NCBI GenBank assembly: GCA_964016885.1
Contig: OZ024741.1
Coordinates: 149,544,001 to 149,608,000 of the forward strand
Direction of reading: 5' to 3'
DNA from: Eledone cirrhosa
Taxonomy: Eukaryota
Length of the DNA stretch: 64,000 nucleotides
Shown here: one piece after another, positions 15,001 through 30,000 of the stretch
Numbering within the stretch: the stretch's first letter is position 1
Layout: each line of letters begins with the position of its first letter
Translations under genes and position numbers: made by a program
Notes under the pieces: generated by a model
Databases searched by the model: none
What the model was told of the DNA's origin: nothing
Seen by the model: only the letters and a program-made list of their open reading frames with translations

Positions 15001-18000
15001 TGGAGGAGTAGATTATAACAGAGGGTGGAGGAGTAGATTATAACAGATGGGGAGGAGTAGATTATAACAGAGGGTGGAGTAGTAGATTATAACAGAGGGT
15101 GGAGGAGTAGATTATAACAGAGGGTGGAGGAGTAGATTATAACAGAGGGTGGAGGAGTAGATTATAACAGAGGTGGAGGAGTAGATTATAACAGAGGGTG
15201 GAGGAGTAGATTATAACAGAGGGTGGAGGAGTAGATTATAACAGATGGGGGGAGGAGTAGATTATAACAGAGGGTGGAGGAGTAGATTATAACAGAGGGT
15301 GGAGGAGTAGATTATAACAGAGGGTGGAGGAGTAGATTATAACAGATGGGGAGGAGTAGATTATAACAGAGGGTGGAGTAGTAGATTATAACAGAGGGGG
15401 AGGAGTAGATTATAACAGAGGGTGGAGTAGTAGATTATAACAGAGAGGGAGTAGTAGATTATAACAGAGGGTGGAGGAGTAGATTATAACAGAGGGTGGA
15501 GGAGTAGATTATAACAGCTGGGGGGAGGAGTAGATTATAACAGATGGGGGAGGAGTAGATTATAACAGATGGGGAGGAGTAGATTATAACAGATGGGGGG
15601 GAGTAGATTATAACAGAGGGTGGAGTAGTAGATTATAACAGAGGCTGGAGTAGTAGATTATAACGGATGGGGGGAGGAGTAGATTATAACAGCTGGGGGG
15701 AGGTGTAGATTATAACAGCTGGGGGGAGGAGTAGATTATAACAGATGGGGAGGAGTAGATTATAACAGATGGTGGGAGGAGTAGATTATAACAGAGGGTG
15801 GAGGAGTAGATTATTCAGAGGGTGGAGGTGTAGATTATAACAGCTGGGGGGAGGAGTAGATTATAACAGATGGGGAGAAGTAGATTATAACAGAGGGTGG
15901 GGGAGTAGATTATTCAGAGGGTGGAGGTGTAGATTATAACAGCTGGGGGGGAGGAGTAGATTATAACAGATGGGGAGGAGTAGATTATAACAGATGGTGG
16001 AGGAGTAGATTATAACAGATGGGGAGGAGTAGATTATAACAGATGGTGGAGTAGTAGATTATAACAGAGGGTGGAGGAGTAGATTATAACAGATGGGGAG
16101 GAGTAGATTATAACAGATGGGGAGGAGTAGATTATAACAGAGGGTGGAGGAGTAGATTATAACAGAGGGTGGAGGAGTAGATTATAACAGATGGGGGGAG
16201 GAGTAGATTATAACAGAGGGTGGAGGAGTAGATTATAACAGAGGGTGGAGGAGTAGATTATAACAGAGGGTGGAGGAGTAGATTATAACAGATGGGGAGG
16301 AGTAGGAGGAGTAGATTATAACAGAGGGTGGAGTAGTAGATTATAACAGATGGGGGGAGGAGTAGATTATAACAGAGGGTGGAGGAGTAGATTATAACAG
16401 AGGGTGGAGGAGTAAATTATAACAGATGGGGAGGAGTAGATTATAACAGATGGGGAGGAGTAGATTATAACAGAGGGTGGAGTAGTAGATTATAACAGAG
16501 GGTGGAGGAGTAGATTATAACAGATGGGGAGGAGTAGATTATAACAGATGGGGAGGAGTAGATTATAACAGAGGGTGGAGGAGTAGATTATAACAGAGGG
16601 TGGAGGAGTAGATTATAACAGATGGGGGGAGGAGTAGATTATAACAGAGGGTGGAGGAGTAGATTATAACAGAGGGTGGAGGAGTAGATTATAACAGAGG
16701 GTGGAGGAGTAGATTATAACAGATGGGGAGGAGTAGATTATAACAGATGGGGAGGAGTAGATTATAACAGAGGGTGGAGTAGTAGATTATAACAGAGGGT
16801 GGAGGAGTAGATTATAACAGATGGGGGGAGGAATAGATTATAACAGAGGGTGGAGGAGTAGATTATAACAGAGGGTGGAGGAGTAGATTATAACAGAGGG
16901 TGGAGGAGTAGATTATAACAGAGGGTGGAGGAGTAGGTTATAACAGATGGGGGGAGGAGTAGATTATAACAGAGGGTGGAGGAGTAGATTATAACAGAGG
17001 GTGGAGGAGTAGATTATAACAGAGGGTGGAGGAGTAGATTATAACAGATGGGGAGGAGTAGATTATAACAGAGGGTGGAGTAGTAGATTATAACAGAGGG
17101 GGAGGAGTAGATTATAACAGAGGGTGAAGGAGTAAATTATAACAGATGGGGGGAGGAGGAGATTATAACAGATGGGGAGGAGTAGATTATAACAGATGGG
17201 GAGGAGTAGATTATAACAGAGGGTGGAGTAGTAGATTATAACAGATGGGGGGAGGAGTAGATTATAACAGAGGGTGGAGGAGTAGATTATAACAGAGGGT
17301 GGAGGAGTAGATTATAACAGATGGGGAGGAGTAGATTATAACAGATGGGGAGGAGTAGATTATAACAGAGGGTGGAGTAGTAGATTATAACAGAGGGGGA
17401 GGAGTAGATTATAACAGAGGGTGGAGTAGTAGATTATAACAGATGGAGGAGGAGTAGATTATAACAGAGGGTGGAGGAGTAGATTATAACAGCTGGGGGA
17501 GGAGTAGATTATAACAGAGAGGGAGTAGTAGATTATAACAGAGGGGGAGGAGTAGATTATAACAGAGGGGGGGGGGGTAGATTATAACAGAGGGTGGAGT
17601 AGTAGATTATAACAGAGAGGGAGTAGTAGATTATAACAGAGGGTGGAGGAGTAGATTATAACAGAGGGTGGAGGAGTAGATTATAACAGAGAGGGAGTAG
17701 TAGATTATAACAGAGGGGGAGGAGTAGATTATAACAGAGGGGGGGGGGAGTAGATTATAACAGAGGGTGGAGTAGTAGATTATAACAGATGGGGAGGAGT
17801 AGATTATAACAGAGAGGGAGTAGTAGATTATAACAGAGGGTGGAGGAGTAGATTATAACAGCTGGGGGGAGGAGTAGATTATAACAGATGGGGGAGGAGT
17901 AGATTATAACAGATGGGGAGGAGTAGATTATAACAGATGGGGGGGAGTAGATTATAACAGAGGGTGGAGGAGTAGATTATAACATATGGGGGGAGTAGTA

Positions 18001-21000
18001 GATTATAACAGAGGGTGGAGGAGTAGATTATAACAGATGGGGGGAGGAGTAGATTATTCAGAGGGTGGAGGAGTAGATTATAACAGAGGGTGGAGTAGTA
18101 GATTATAACAGATGGGGGGAGTAGATTATAACAGATGGTGGGAGGAGTAGATTATAACAGAGGGTGGAGGAGTAGATTATTCAGAGGGTGGAGGTGTAGA
18201 TTATAACAGCTGGGGGGAGGAGTAGATTATAACAGATGGGGAGGAGTAGATTATAACAGAGGGTGGAGGAGTAGATTATAACAGATGGGTGGAGTAGTAG
18301 ATTATAACAGATGGGTGGAGTAGTAGATTATAACAGATGGGGAGGAGTAGACTATAACAGAGGGGGAGGAGTAGATTATAACAGATGGGGGGAGTAGATT
18401 ATAACGGATGGTGGAGGAGTAGATTATAACAGAGGGTGGAGGAGTAGATTATAACAGAGGGTGGAGGAGTAGATTATAACAGAGGGTGGACGAGTAGATT
18501 ATAACAGATGGGGAGGAGTAGATTATAACAGATGGGGAGGAGTAGATTATAACAGATGGGGGGAGTAGATTATAACAGAGGGTGGAGGAGTAGATTATAA
18601 CATATGGGGGGAGTAGTAGATTATAACAGAGGGTGGAGGATTAGATTATAACAGATGGGGGGAGGAGTAGATTATTCAGAGGGTGGATGAGTAGATTATA
18701 ACAGATGGAGAGGAGTAGATTATAACAGAGGGTGGAGGAGTAGATTATTCAGAGGGTGGAGGTGTAGATTATAACAGCTGGGGGGAGGAGTAGATTATAA
18801 CAGATGGGGAGGAGTAGATTATAACAGATGGTGGGAGGAGTAGATTATAACAGAGGGTGGAGGAGTAGATTATTCAGAGGGTGGAGGTGGTAGATTATAA
18901 CAGCTGGGGGGAGGAGTAGATTATAACAGATCGGAAGGAGTAGATTATAACAGATGGTGGGAGGAGTAGATTATAACAGAGGGTGGAGGAGTAGATTATT
19001 CAGAGGGTGGAGGTGTAGATTATAACAGCTGGGGGGAGGAGTAGATTATAACAGATGGGGGGAGGAGTAGATTATAACAGATGGGGAGGAGTGGATTATA
19101 ACAGATGGGGGGAGTAGATTATAACAGATGGGGGGAGGAGTTGATTATAACAGAGGGTGGAGGAGTAGATTATAACATATGGGGGGAGTAGTAGATTATA
19201 ACAGATGGAGAGGAGTAGATTATAACAGATGGTGGGAGGAGTAGATTATAACAGAGGGTGGAGGAGTAGATTATAACAGATGGGGGGAGTAGTAGATTAT
19301 AACAGATGGGGAGTAGATTATAACAGAGGGTGGAGTATATTATAACAGAGGGTGGAGGAGTAGATTATAACAGCTGGGGGGAGTAGATTATAACAGATGG
19401 GGGAGGAGTAGATTATAACAGAGGGAGTAGATTATAACTGAGGGTGGAGTAGTAGATTATAACAAATGTGGGGAGGAGTAGATTATAACAGATGGGGGGG
19501 AGGAGTAGATTATAACAGATGGGGGGAGGAGTTGATTATAAGAGAGGGTGGAGGAGTAGATTATAACAGATGGGGGGAGGAGGAGATTATAACAGAGAGG
19601 GAGGAGTAGATTATAACAGAGGATGGAAGAGTAGATTATAACAGAGGGTGGAGGAGTAGATTATAACAGAGGGTGGAGGAGTAGATTATAACATATGGGG
19701 GGAGTAGTAGATTATAACAGATGGAGAGGGAGTAGATTATAACAGATGGTGGGAGGAGTAGATTATAACAGAGGGTGGAGGAGTAGATTATAACAGAGGG
19801 TGGAGGAGTAGATTATAACAGATGGGGGGAGTAGTAGATTATAACAGATGGGGGGAGGAGTTGATTATAAGAGAGGGTGGAGGAGTAGATTATAACAGAT
19901 GGGGGAGGAGGAGATTATAACAGAGAGGGAGGAGTAGATTATAACAGAGGATGGAAGAGTAGATTATCACAGAGGGTGGAGGAGTAGATTATAAGAGAGG
20001 GTGGAGGAGTAGATTATAACAGAGGGTGGTGTAGTAGATTATAACAGAGGGGGAGGAGTAGATTGTAACAGATGGGGGGAGGAGGAGATTATAACAGATG
20101 GGGGGAGGAGTTGATTATAAGAGAAGGTGGAGGAGTAGATTATAACAGATGGGGGAGGAGGAGATTATAACAGAGAGGGAGGAGTAGATTATAACAGAGG
20201 GTGGTGTAGTAGATTATAACAGAGGGGGAGGAGTAGATTGTAACAGATGGGGGGAGGAGTAGATTATAACAGATGGGGGGAGTAGTAGATTATAACAGAG
20301 GGTGGAGTAGTAGATTATAACAGGGTGGAGGAGTAGATTATAACAGAGAGGGAGGAGTAGATTATAACAGATGGGGGAGGAGTTGATTATAAGAGAGGGT
20401 GGAGGAGTAGATTATAACAGATGGGGGGAGGAGGAGATTATAACAGAGAGGGAGGAGTAGATTATAACAGAGGATGGAAGAGTAGATTATAACAGAGGGT
20501 GGAGGAGTAGATTATAAGAGAGGGTGGAGGAGTAGATTATAACAGAGGGTGGTGTAGTAGATTATAACAGAGGGGGAGGAGTAGATTGTAACAGATGGGG
20601 GGAGGAGGAGATTATAACAGATGGGGGGAGGAGTTGATTATAAGAGAAGGTGGAGGAGTAGATTATAACAGATGGGGGGAGGAGGAGATTATAACAGAGA
20701 GGGAGGAGTAGATTATAACAGAGGGTGGTGTAGTAGATTATAACAGAGGGGGAGGAGTAGATTGTAACAGATGGGGGGAGGAGTAGATTATAACAGATGG
20801 GGGGAGTAGTAGATTATAACAGAGGGTGGAGTAGTAGATTATAACAGGGTGGAGGAGTAGATTATAACAGAGAGGGAGGAGTAGATTATAACAGAGGGTG
20901 GTGTAGTAGATTATAACAGAGGGGGAGGAGTAGATTGTAACAGATGGGGGGAGGAGTAGATTATAACAGAGGGTGGAGTAGTAGATTATAACAGAGGGTG

Positions 21001-24000
21001 GAGTAGTAGATTATAACAGGGTGGAGGAGTAGATTATAACAGAGAGGGAGGAGTAGATTATAACAGAGGGTGGTGTAGTAGATTATAACAGAGGAGGAGG
21101 AGTAGCTTGTAACAGATGGGGGGAGGAGTAGATTATAACAGAGGGTGGAGTAGTAGATTATAACAGAGGGTGGAGTAGTAGATTATAACAGGGTGGAGGA
21201 GTAGATTATAACAGAGGGTGGAGGAGTAGATTATAACAGATGGGGGGAGGAGTAGATTATAACAGAGGGTGGAGGAGTAGATTATAACAGATGGGGAGGA
21301 GTAGATTATAACAGAGGGTGGAGGAGTAGATTATAACAGAGGGTGGAGGAGTAGATTATAACAGAGGGTGGAGGAGTAGATTATAACAGAGGGTGGAGGA
21401 GTAGATTATAACAGATGGGGGGAGGAGTAGATTATAACAGAGGGTGGAGGAGTAGATTATAACAGATGGGGAGGAGTAGATTATAACAGAGGGTGGAGTA
21501 GTAGATTATAACAGAGGGTGGAGGAGTAGATTATAACAGATGGGGGGAGGAGTAGATTATAACAGAGGGTGGAGGAGTAGATTATAACAGAGGGTGGAGG
21601 AGTAGATTATAACAGAGGGTGGAGGAGTAGATTATAACAGAGGGTGGAGGAGTAGATTATAACAGATGGGGGGAGGAGTAGATTATAACAGAGGGTGGAG
21701 GAGTAGATTATAACAGATGGGGAGGAGTAGATTATAACAGAGGGTGGAGTAGTAGATTATAACAGAGGGTGGAGGAGTAGATTATAACAGATGGGGGGAG
21801 GAGTAGATTATAACAGAGGGTGGAGGAGTAGATTATAACAGAGGGTGGAGGAGTAGATTATAACAGAGGGTGGAGGAGTAGATTATAACAGAGGGTGGAG
21901 GAGTAGATTATAACAGATGGGGGGAGGAGTAGATTATAACAGAGGGTGGAGGAGTAGATTATAACAGAGGGTGGAGGAGTAGATTATAACAGAGGGTGGA
22001 GGAGTAGATTATAACAGATGGGGAGGAGTAGATTATAACAGAGGGTGGAGTAGTAGATTATAACAGAGGGGGAGGAGTAGATTATAACAGAGGGTGGAGG
22101 AGTATATTATAACAGATGGGGGGAGGAGGAGATTATAACAGATGGGGAGGAGTAGATTATAACAGATGGGGAGGAGTAGATTATAACAGAGGGTGGAGTA
22201 GTAGATTATAACAGAGGGGGAGGAGTAGATTATAACAGAGGGTGGAGTAGTAGATTATAACAGATGGAGGAGGAGTAGATTATAACAGATGGGGAGGAGT
22301 AGATTATAACAGAGGGTGGAGTAGTAGATTATAACAGATGGGGAGGAGTAGATTATAACAGAGAGGGAGTAGTAGATTATAACAGAGGGGGAGGAGTAGA
22401 TTATAACAGAGGGGGGGGGAGTAGATTATAACAGAGGGTGGAGTAGTAGATTTTAACAGAGAGGGAGTAGTAGATTATAACAGAGGGTGGAGGAGTAGAT
22501 TATAACAGAGGGTGGAGGAGTAGATTATAACAGCTGGGGGGAGGAGTAGATTATAACAGATGGGGGAGGAGTAGATTATAACAGATGGGGAGGAGTAGAT
22601 TATAACAGATGGGGGGGAGTAGATTATAACAGAGGGTGGAGGTGTAGATTATAACAGCTGGGGGGAGGAGTAGATTATAACAGATGGGGAGGAGTAGATT
22701 ATAACAGATGGTGGGAGGAGTAGATTATAACAGAGGGTGGAGGAGTAGATTATTCAGAGGGTGGAGGTGTAGATTATAACAGCTGGGGGGAGGAGTAGAT
22801 TATAACAGATGGGGAGGAGTAGATTATAACAGATGGTGGGAGGAGTAGATTATAACAGAGGGTGGAGGAGTAGATTATTCAGAGGGTGGAGGTGTAGATT
22901 ATAACAGCTGGGGGGAGGAGTAGATTATAACAGATGGGGAGGAGTAGATTATAACAGATGGTGGAGGAGTAGATTATAACAGATGGGGAGGAGTAGATTA
23001 TAACAGATGGTGGAGTAGTAGATTATAACAGAGGGTGGAGTAGTAGATTATAACAGAGGGTGGAGGAGTAGATTATAACAGATGGGGAGGAGTAGATTAT
23101 AACAGATGGGGAGGAGTAGATTATAACAGAGGGTGGAGGAGTAGATTATAACAGAGGGTGGAGGAGTAGATTATAACAGATGGGGGGAGGAGTAGATTAT
23201 AACAGAGGGTGGAGGAGTAGATTATAACAGAGGGTGGAGGAGTAGATTATAACAGAGGGTGGAGGAGTAGATTATAACAGATGGGGAGGAGTAGGAGGAG
23301 TAGATTATAACAGAGGGTGGAGTAGTAGATTATAACAGATGGGGGGAGGAGTAGATTATAACAGAGGGTGGAGGAGTAGATTATAACAGAGGGTGGAGGA
23401 GTAAATTATAACAGATGGGGAGGAGTAGATTATAACAGATGGGGAGGAGTAGATTATAACAGAGGGTGGAGTAGTAGATTATAACAGAGGGTGGAGGAGT
23501 AGATTATAACAGATGGGGGGAGGAGTAGATTATAACAGATGGGGAGGAGTAGATTATAACAGAGGGTGGAGTAGTAGATTATAACAGAGGGTGGAGGAGT
23601 AGATCATAACAGAGGGTGGAGGAGTAGATTATAACAGAGGGTGGAGGAGTAGATTATAACAGAGGGTGGAGGAGTAGATTATAACAGAGGGTGGAGGAGT
23701 AGATTATAACAGAGGGTGGAGGAGTAGATTATAACAGAGGGTGGAGGAGTAGATTATAACAGAGGGTGGAGGAGTAGATTATAACAGATGGGGAGGAGTA
23801 GATTATAACAGAGGGTGGAGTAGTAGATTATAACAGAGGGTGGAGGAGTAGATTATAACAGAGGGTGGAGGAGTAGATTATAACAGAGGGTGGAGGAGTA
23901 GATTATAACAGAGGTGGAGGAGTAGATTATAACAGAGGGTGGAGGAGTAGATTATAACAGATGGGGGGAGGAGTAGATTATAACAGAGGGTGGAGGAGTA

Positions 24001-27000
24001 GATTATAACAGAGGGTGGAGGAGTAGATTATAACAGAGGGTGGAGGAGTAGATTATAACAGATGGGGAGGAGTAGATTATAACAGAGGGTGGAGTAGTAG
24101 ATTATAACAGAGGGGGAGGAGTAGATTATAACAGAGGGTGGAGTAGTAGATTATAACAGAGAGGGAGTAGTAGATTATAACAGAGGGTGGAGGAGTAGAT
24201 TATAACAGAGGGTGGAGGAGTAGATTATAACAGCTGGGGGGAGGAGTAGATTATAACAGATGGGGGAGGAGTAGATTATAACAGATGGGGAGGAGTAGAT
24301 TATAACAGATGGGGGGGAGTAGATTATAACAGAGGGTGGAGTAGTAGATTATAACAGAGGCTGGAGTAGTAGATTATAACGGATGGGGGGAGGAGTAGAT
24401 TATAACAGCTGGGGGGAGGTGTAGATTATAACAGCTGGGGGGAGGAGTAGATTATAACAGATGGGGAGGAGTAGATTATAACAGATGGTGGGAGGAGTAG
24501 ATTATAACAGAGGGTGGAGGAGTAGATTATTCAGAGGGTGGAGGTGTAGATTATAACAGCTGGGGGGAGGAGTAGATTATAACAGAGGGTGGGGGAGTAG
24601 ATTATTCAGAGGGTGGAGGTGTAGATTATAACAGCTGGGGGGAGGAGTAGATTATAACAGATGGGGAGGAGTAGATTATAACAGATGGTGGAGGAGTAGA
24701 TTATAACAGATGGGGAGGAGTAGATTATAACAGATGGTGGAGTAGTAGATTATAACAGAGGGTGGAGGAGTAGATTATAACAGATGGGGAGGAGTAGATT
24801 ATAACAGATGGGGAGGAGTAGATTATAACAGAGGGTGGAGGAGTAGATTATAACAGAGGGTGGAGGAGTAGATTATAACAGAGGGTGGAGGAGTAGATTA
24901 TAACAGAGGGTGGAGGAGTAGATTATAACAGAGGGTGGAGGAGTAGATTATAACAGATGGGGAGGAGTAGATTATAACAGAGGGTAGAGTAGTAGATTAT
25001 AACAGAGGGTGGAGGAGTAGATTATAACAGAGGGTGGAGGAGTAGATTATAACAGAGGGTGGAGGAGTAGATTATAACAGAGGTGGAGGAGTAGATTATA
25101 ACAGAGGGTGGAGGAGTAGATTATAACAGAGGGTGGAGGAGTAGATTATAACAGATGGGGGAGGAGTAGATTATAACAGAGGGTGGAGGAGTAGATTATA
25201 ACAGAGGGTGGAGGAGTAGATTATAACAGAGGGTGGAGGAGTAGATTATAACAGATGGGGAGGAGTAGATTATAACAGAGGGTGGAGTAGTAGATTATAA
25301 CAGAGGGGGAGGAGTAGATTATAACAGAGGGTGGAGTAGTAGATTATAACAGAGAGGGAGTAGTAGATTATAACAGAGGGTGGAGGAGTAGATTATAACA
25401 GAGGGTGGAGGAGTAGATTATAACAGCTGGGGGGAGGAGTAGATTATAACAGATGGGGAGGAGTAGATTATAACAGATGGGGAGGAGTAGATTATAACAG
25501 ATGGGGGGGAGTAGATTATAACAGAGGGTGGAGTAGTAGATTATAACAGAGGCTGGAGTAGTAGATTATAACGGATGGGGGGAGGAGTAGATTATAACAG
25601 CTGGGGGGAGGTGTAGATTATAACAGCTGGGGGGAGGAGTAGATTATAACAGATGGGGAGGAGTAGATTATAACAGATGGTGGGAGGAGTAGATTATAAC
25701 AGAGGGTGGAGTAGATTATTCAGAGGGTGGAGGTGTAGATTATAACAGCTGGGGGGAGGAGTAGATTATAACAGATGGGGAGAAGTAGATTATAACAGAG
25801 GGTGGGGGAGTAGATTATTCAGAGGGTGGAGGTGTAGATTATAACAGCTGGGGGGAGGAGTAGATTATAACAGATGGGGAGGAGTAGATTATAACAGATG
25901 GTGGAGGAGTAGATTATAACAGATGGGGAGGAGTAGATTATAACAGATGGTGGAGTAGTAGATTATAACAGAGGGTGGAGGAGTAGATTATAACAGATGG
26001 GGAGGAGTAGATTATAACAGATGGGGAGGAGTAGATTATAACAGAGGGTGGAGGAGTAGATTATAACAGAGGGTGGAGGAGTAGATTATAACAGATGGGG
26101 GGAGGAGTAGATTATAACAGAGGGTGGAGGAGTAGATTATAACAGAGGGTGGAGGAGTAGATTATAACAGAGGGTGGAGGAGTAGATTATAACAGATGGG
26201 GAGGAGTAGGAGGAGTAGATTATAACAGAGGGTGGAGTAGTAGATTATAACAGATGGGGGGAGGAGTAGATTATAACAGAGGGTGGAGGAGTAGATTATA
26301 ACAGAGGGTGGAGGAGTAAATTATAACAGATGGGGAGGAGTAGATTATAACAGATGGGGAGGAGTAGATTATAACAGAGGGTGGAGTAGTAGATTATAAC
26401 AGAGGGTGGAGGAGTAGATTATAACAGATGGGGAGGAGTAGATTATAACAGATGGGGAGGAGTAGATTATAACAGAGGGTGGAGGAGTAGATTATAACAG
26501 AGGGTGGAGGAGTAGATTATAACAGATGGGGGGAGGAGTAGATTATAACAGAGGGTGGAGGAGTAGATTATAACAGAGGGTGGAGGAGTAGATTATAACA
26601 GAGGGTGGAGGAGTAGATTATAACAGATGGGGAGGAGTAGATTATAACAGATGGGGAGGAGTAGATTATAACAGAGGGTGGAGTAGTAGATTATAACAGA
26701 GGGTGGAGGAGTAGATTATAACAGATGGGGGGAGGAATAGATTATAACAGAGGGTGGAGGAGTAGATTATAACAGAGGGTGGAGGAGTAGATTATAACAG
26801 AGGGTGGAGGAGTAGATTATAACAGAGGGTGGAGGAGTAGGTTATAACAGATGGGGGGAGGAGTAGATTATAACAGAGGGTGGAGGAGTAGATTATAACA
26901 GAGGGTGGAGGAGTAGATTATAACAGAGGGTGGAGGAGTAGATTATAACAGATGGGGAGGAGTAGATTATAACAGAGGGTGGAGTAGTAGATTATAACAG

Positions 27001-30000
27001 AGGGGGAGGAGTAGATTATAACAGAGGGTGGAGGAGTAAATTATAACAGATGGGGGGAGGAGGAGATTATAACAGATGGGGAGGAGTAGATTATAACAGA
27101 TGGGGAGGAGTAGATTATAACAGAGGGTGGAGTAGTAGATTATAACAGATGGGGGGAGGAGTAGATTATAACAGAGGGTGGAGGAGTAGATTATAACAGA
27201 GGGTGGAGGAGTAGATTATAACAGATGGGGAGGAGTAGATTATAACAGATGGGGAGGAGTAGATTATAACAGAGGGTGGAGTAGTAGATTATAACAGAGG
27301 GGGAGGAGTAGATTATAACAGAGGGTGGAGTAGTAGATTATAACAGATGGAGGAGGAGTAGATTATAACAGAGGGTGGAGGAGTAGATTATAACAGCTGG
27401 GGGAGGAGTAGATTATAACAGAGAGGGAGTAGTAGATTATAACAGAGGGGGAGGAGTAGATTATAACAGAGGGGGGGGAGTAGATTATAACAGAGGGTGG
27501 AGTAGTAAATTATAACAGAGAGGGAGTAGTAGATTATAACAGAGGGTGGAGGAGTAGATTATAACAGAGGGTGGAGGAGTAGATTATAACAGAGAGGGAG
27601 TAGTAGATTATAACAGAGGGGGAGGAGTAGATTATAACAGAGGGGGGGGGAGTAGATTATAACAGAGGGTGGAGTAGTAGATTATAACAGATGGGGAGGA
27701 GTAGATTATAACAGAGAGGGAGTAGTAGATTATAACAGAGGGTGGAGGAGTAGATTATAACAGCTGGGGGGAGGAGTAGATTATAACAGATGGGGGAGGA
27801 GTAGATTATAACAGATGGGGAGGAGTAGATTATAACAGATGGGGGGGAGTAGATTATAACAGAGGGTGGAGGAGTAGATTATAACATATGGGGGGAGTAG
27901 TAGATTATAACAGAGGGTGGAGGAGTAGATTATAACAGATGGGGGGAGGAGTAGATTATTCAGAGGGTGGAGGAGTAGATTATAACAGAGGGTGGAGTAG
28001 TAGATTATAACAGATGGGGGGAGTAGATTATAACAGATGGTGGGAGGAGTAGATTATAACAGAGGGTGGAGGAGTAGATTATTCAGAGGGTGGAGGTGTA
28101 GATTATAACAGCTGGGGGGAGGAGTAGATTATAACAGATGGGGAGGAGTAGATTATAACAGAGGGTGGAGGAGTAGATTATAACAGATGGGTGGAGTAGT
28201 AGATTATAACAGATGGGTGGAGTAGTAGATTATAACAGATGGGGAGGAGTAGACTATAACAGAGGGGGAGGAGTAGATTATAACGGATGGTGGAGGAGTA
28301 GATTATAACAGAGGGTGGAGGAGTAGATTATAACAGAGGGTGGAGGAGTAGATTATAACAGAGGGTGGACGAGTAGATTATAACAGATGGGGAGGAGTAG
28401 ATTATAACAGATGGGGAGGAGTAGATTATAACAGATGGGGGGAGTAGATTATAACAGAGGGTGGAGGAGTAGATTATAACATATGGGGGGAGTAGTAGAT
28501 TATAACAGAGGGTGGAGGAGTAGATTATAACAGATGGGGGGAGGAGTAGATTATTCAGAGGGTGGATGAGTAGATTATAACAGATGGAGAGGAGTAGATT
28601 ATAACAGAGGGTGGAGGAGTAGATTATTCAGAGGGTGGAGGTGTAGATTATAACAGCTGGGGGGAGGAGTAGATTATAACAGATGGGGAGGAGTAGATTA
28701 TAACAGATGGTGGGAGGAGTAGATTATAACAGAGGGTGGAGGAGTAGATTATTCAGAGGGTGGAGGTGTAGATTATAACAGCTGGGGGGAGGAGTAGATT
28801 ATAACAGATCGGAAGGAGTAGATTATAACAGATGGTGGGAGGAGTAGATTATAACAGAGGGTGGAGGAGTAGATTATTCAGAGGGTGGAGGTGTAGATTA
28901 TAACAGCTGGGGGGAGGAGTAGATTATAACAGATGGGGGGAGGAGTAGATTATAACAGATGGGGAGGAGTGGATTATAACAGATGGGGGGAGTAGATTAT
29001 AACAGATGGGGGGAGGAGTTGATTATAACAGAGGGTGGAGGAGTAGATTATAACATATGGGGGGAGTAGTAGATTATAACAGATGGAGAGGAGTAGATTA
29101 TAACAGATGGTGGGAGGAGTAGATTATAACAGAGGGTGGAGGAGTAGATTATAACAGATGGGGGGAGTAGTAGATTATAACAGATGGGGAGTAGATTATA
29201 ACAGAGGGTGGAGTATATTATAACAGAGGGTGGAGGAGTAGATTATAACAGCTGGGGGGAGTAGATTATAACAGATGGGGGAGGAGTAGATTATAACAGA
29301 GGGAGTAGATTATAACTGAGGGTGGAGTAGTAGATTATAACAAATGTGGGGAGGAGTAGATTATAACAGATGGGGGGGAGGAGTAGATTATAACAGATGG
29401 GGGGAGGAGTTGATTATAAGAGAGGGTGGAGGAGTAGATTATAACAGATGGGGGGAGGAGGAGATTATAACAGAGAGGGAGGAGTAGATTATAACAGAGG
29501 ATGGAAGAGTAGATTATAACAGAGGGTGGAGGAGTAGATTATAACAGAGGGTGGAGGAGTAGATTATAACATATGGGGGGAGTAGTAGATTATAACAGAT
29601 GGAGAGGGGAGTAGATTATAACAGATGGTGGGAGGAGTAGATTATAACAGAGGGTGGAGGAGTAGATTATAACAGAGGGTGGAGGAGTAGATTATAACAG
29701 ATGGGGGGAGTAGTAGATTATAACAGATGGGGAGTAGATTATAACAGAGGGTGGAGTATATTATAACAGAGGGTGGAGGAGTAGATTATAACAGCTGGGG
29801 GGAGTAGATTATAACAGATGGGGGAGGAGTAGATTATAACAGAGGGAGTAGATTATAACTGAGGGTGGAGTAGTAGATTATAACAAATGTGGGGAGGAGT
29901 AGATTATAACAGATGGGGGGGAGGAGTAGATTATAACAGATGGGGGGAGGAGTTGATTATAAGAGAGGGTGGAGGAGTAGATTATAACAGATGGGGGAGG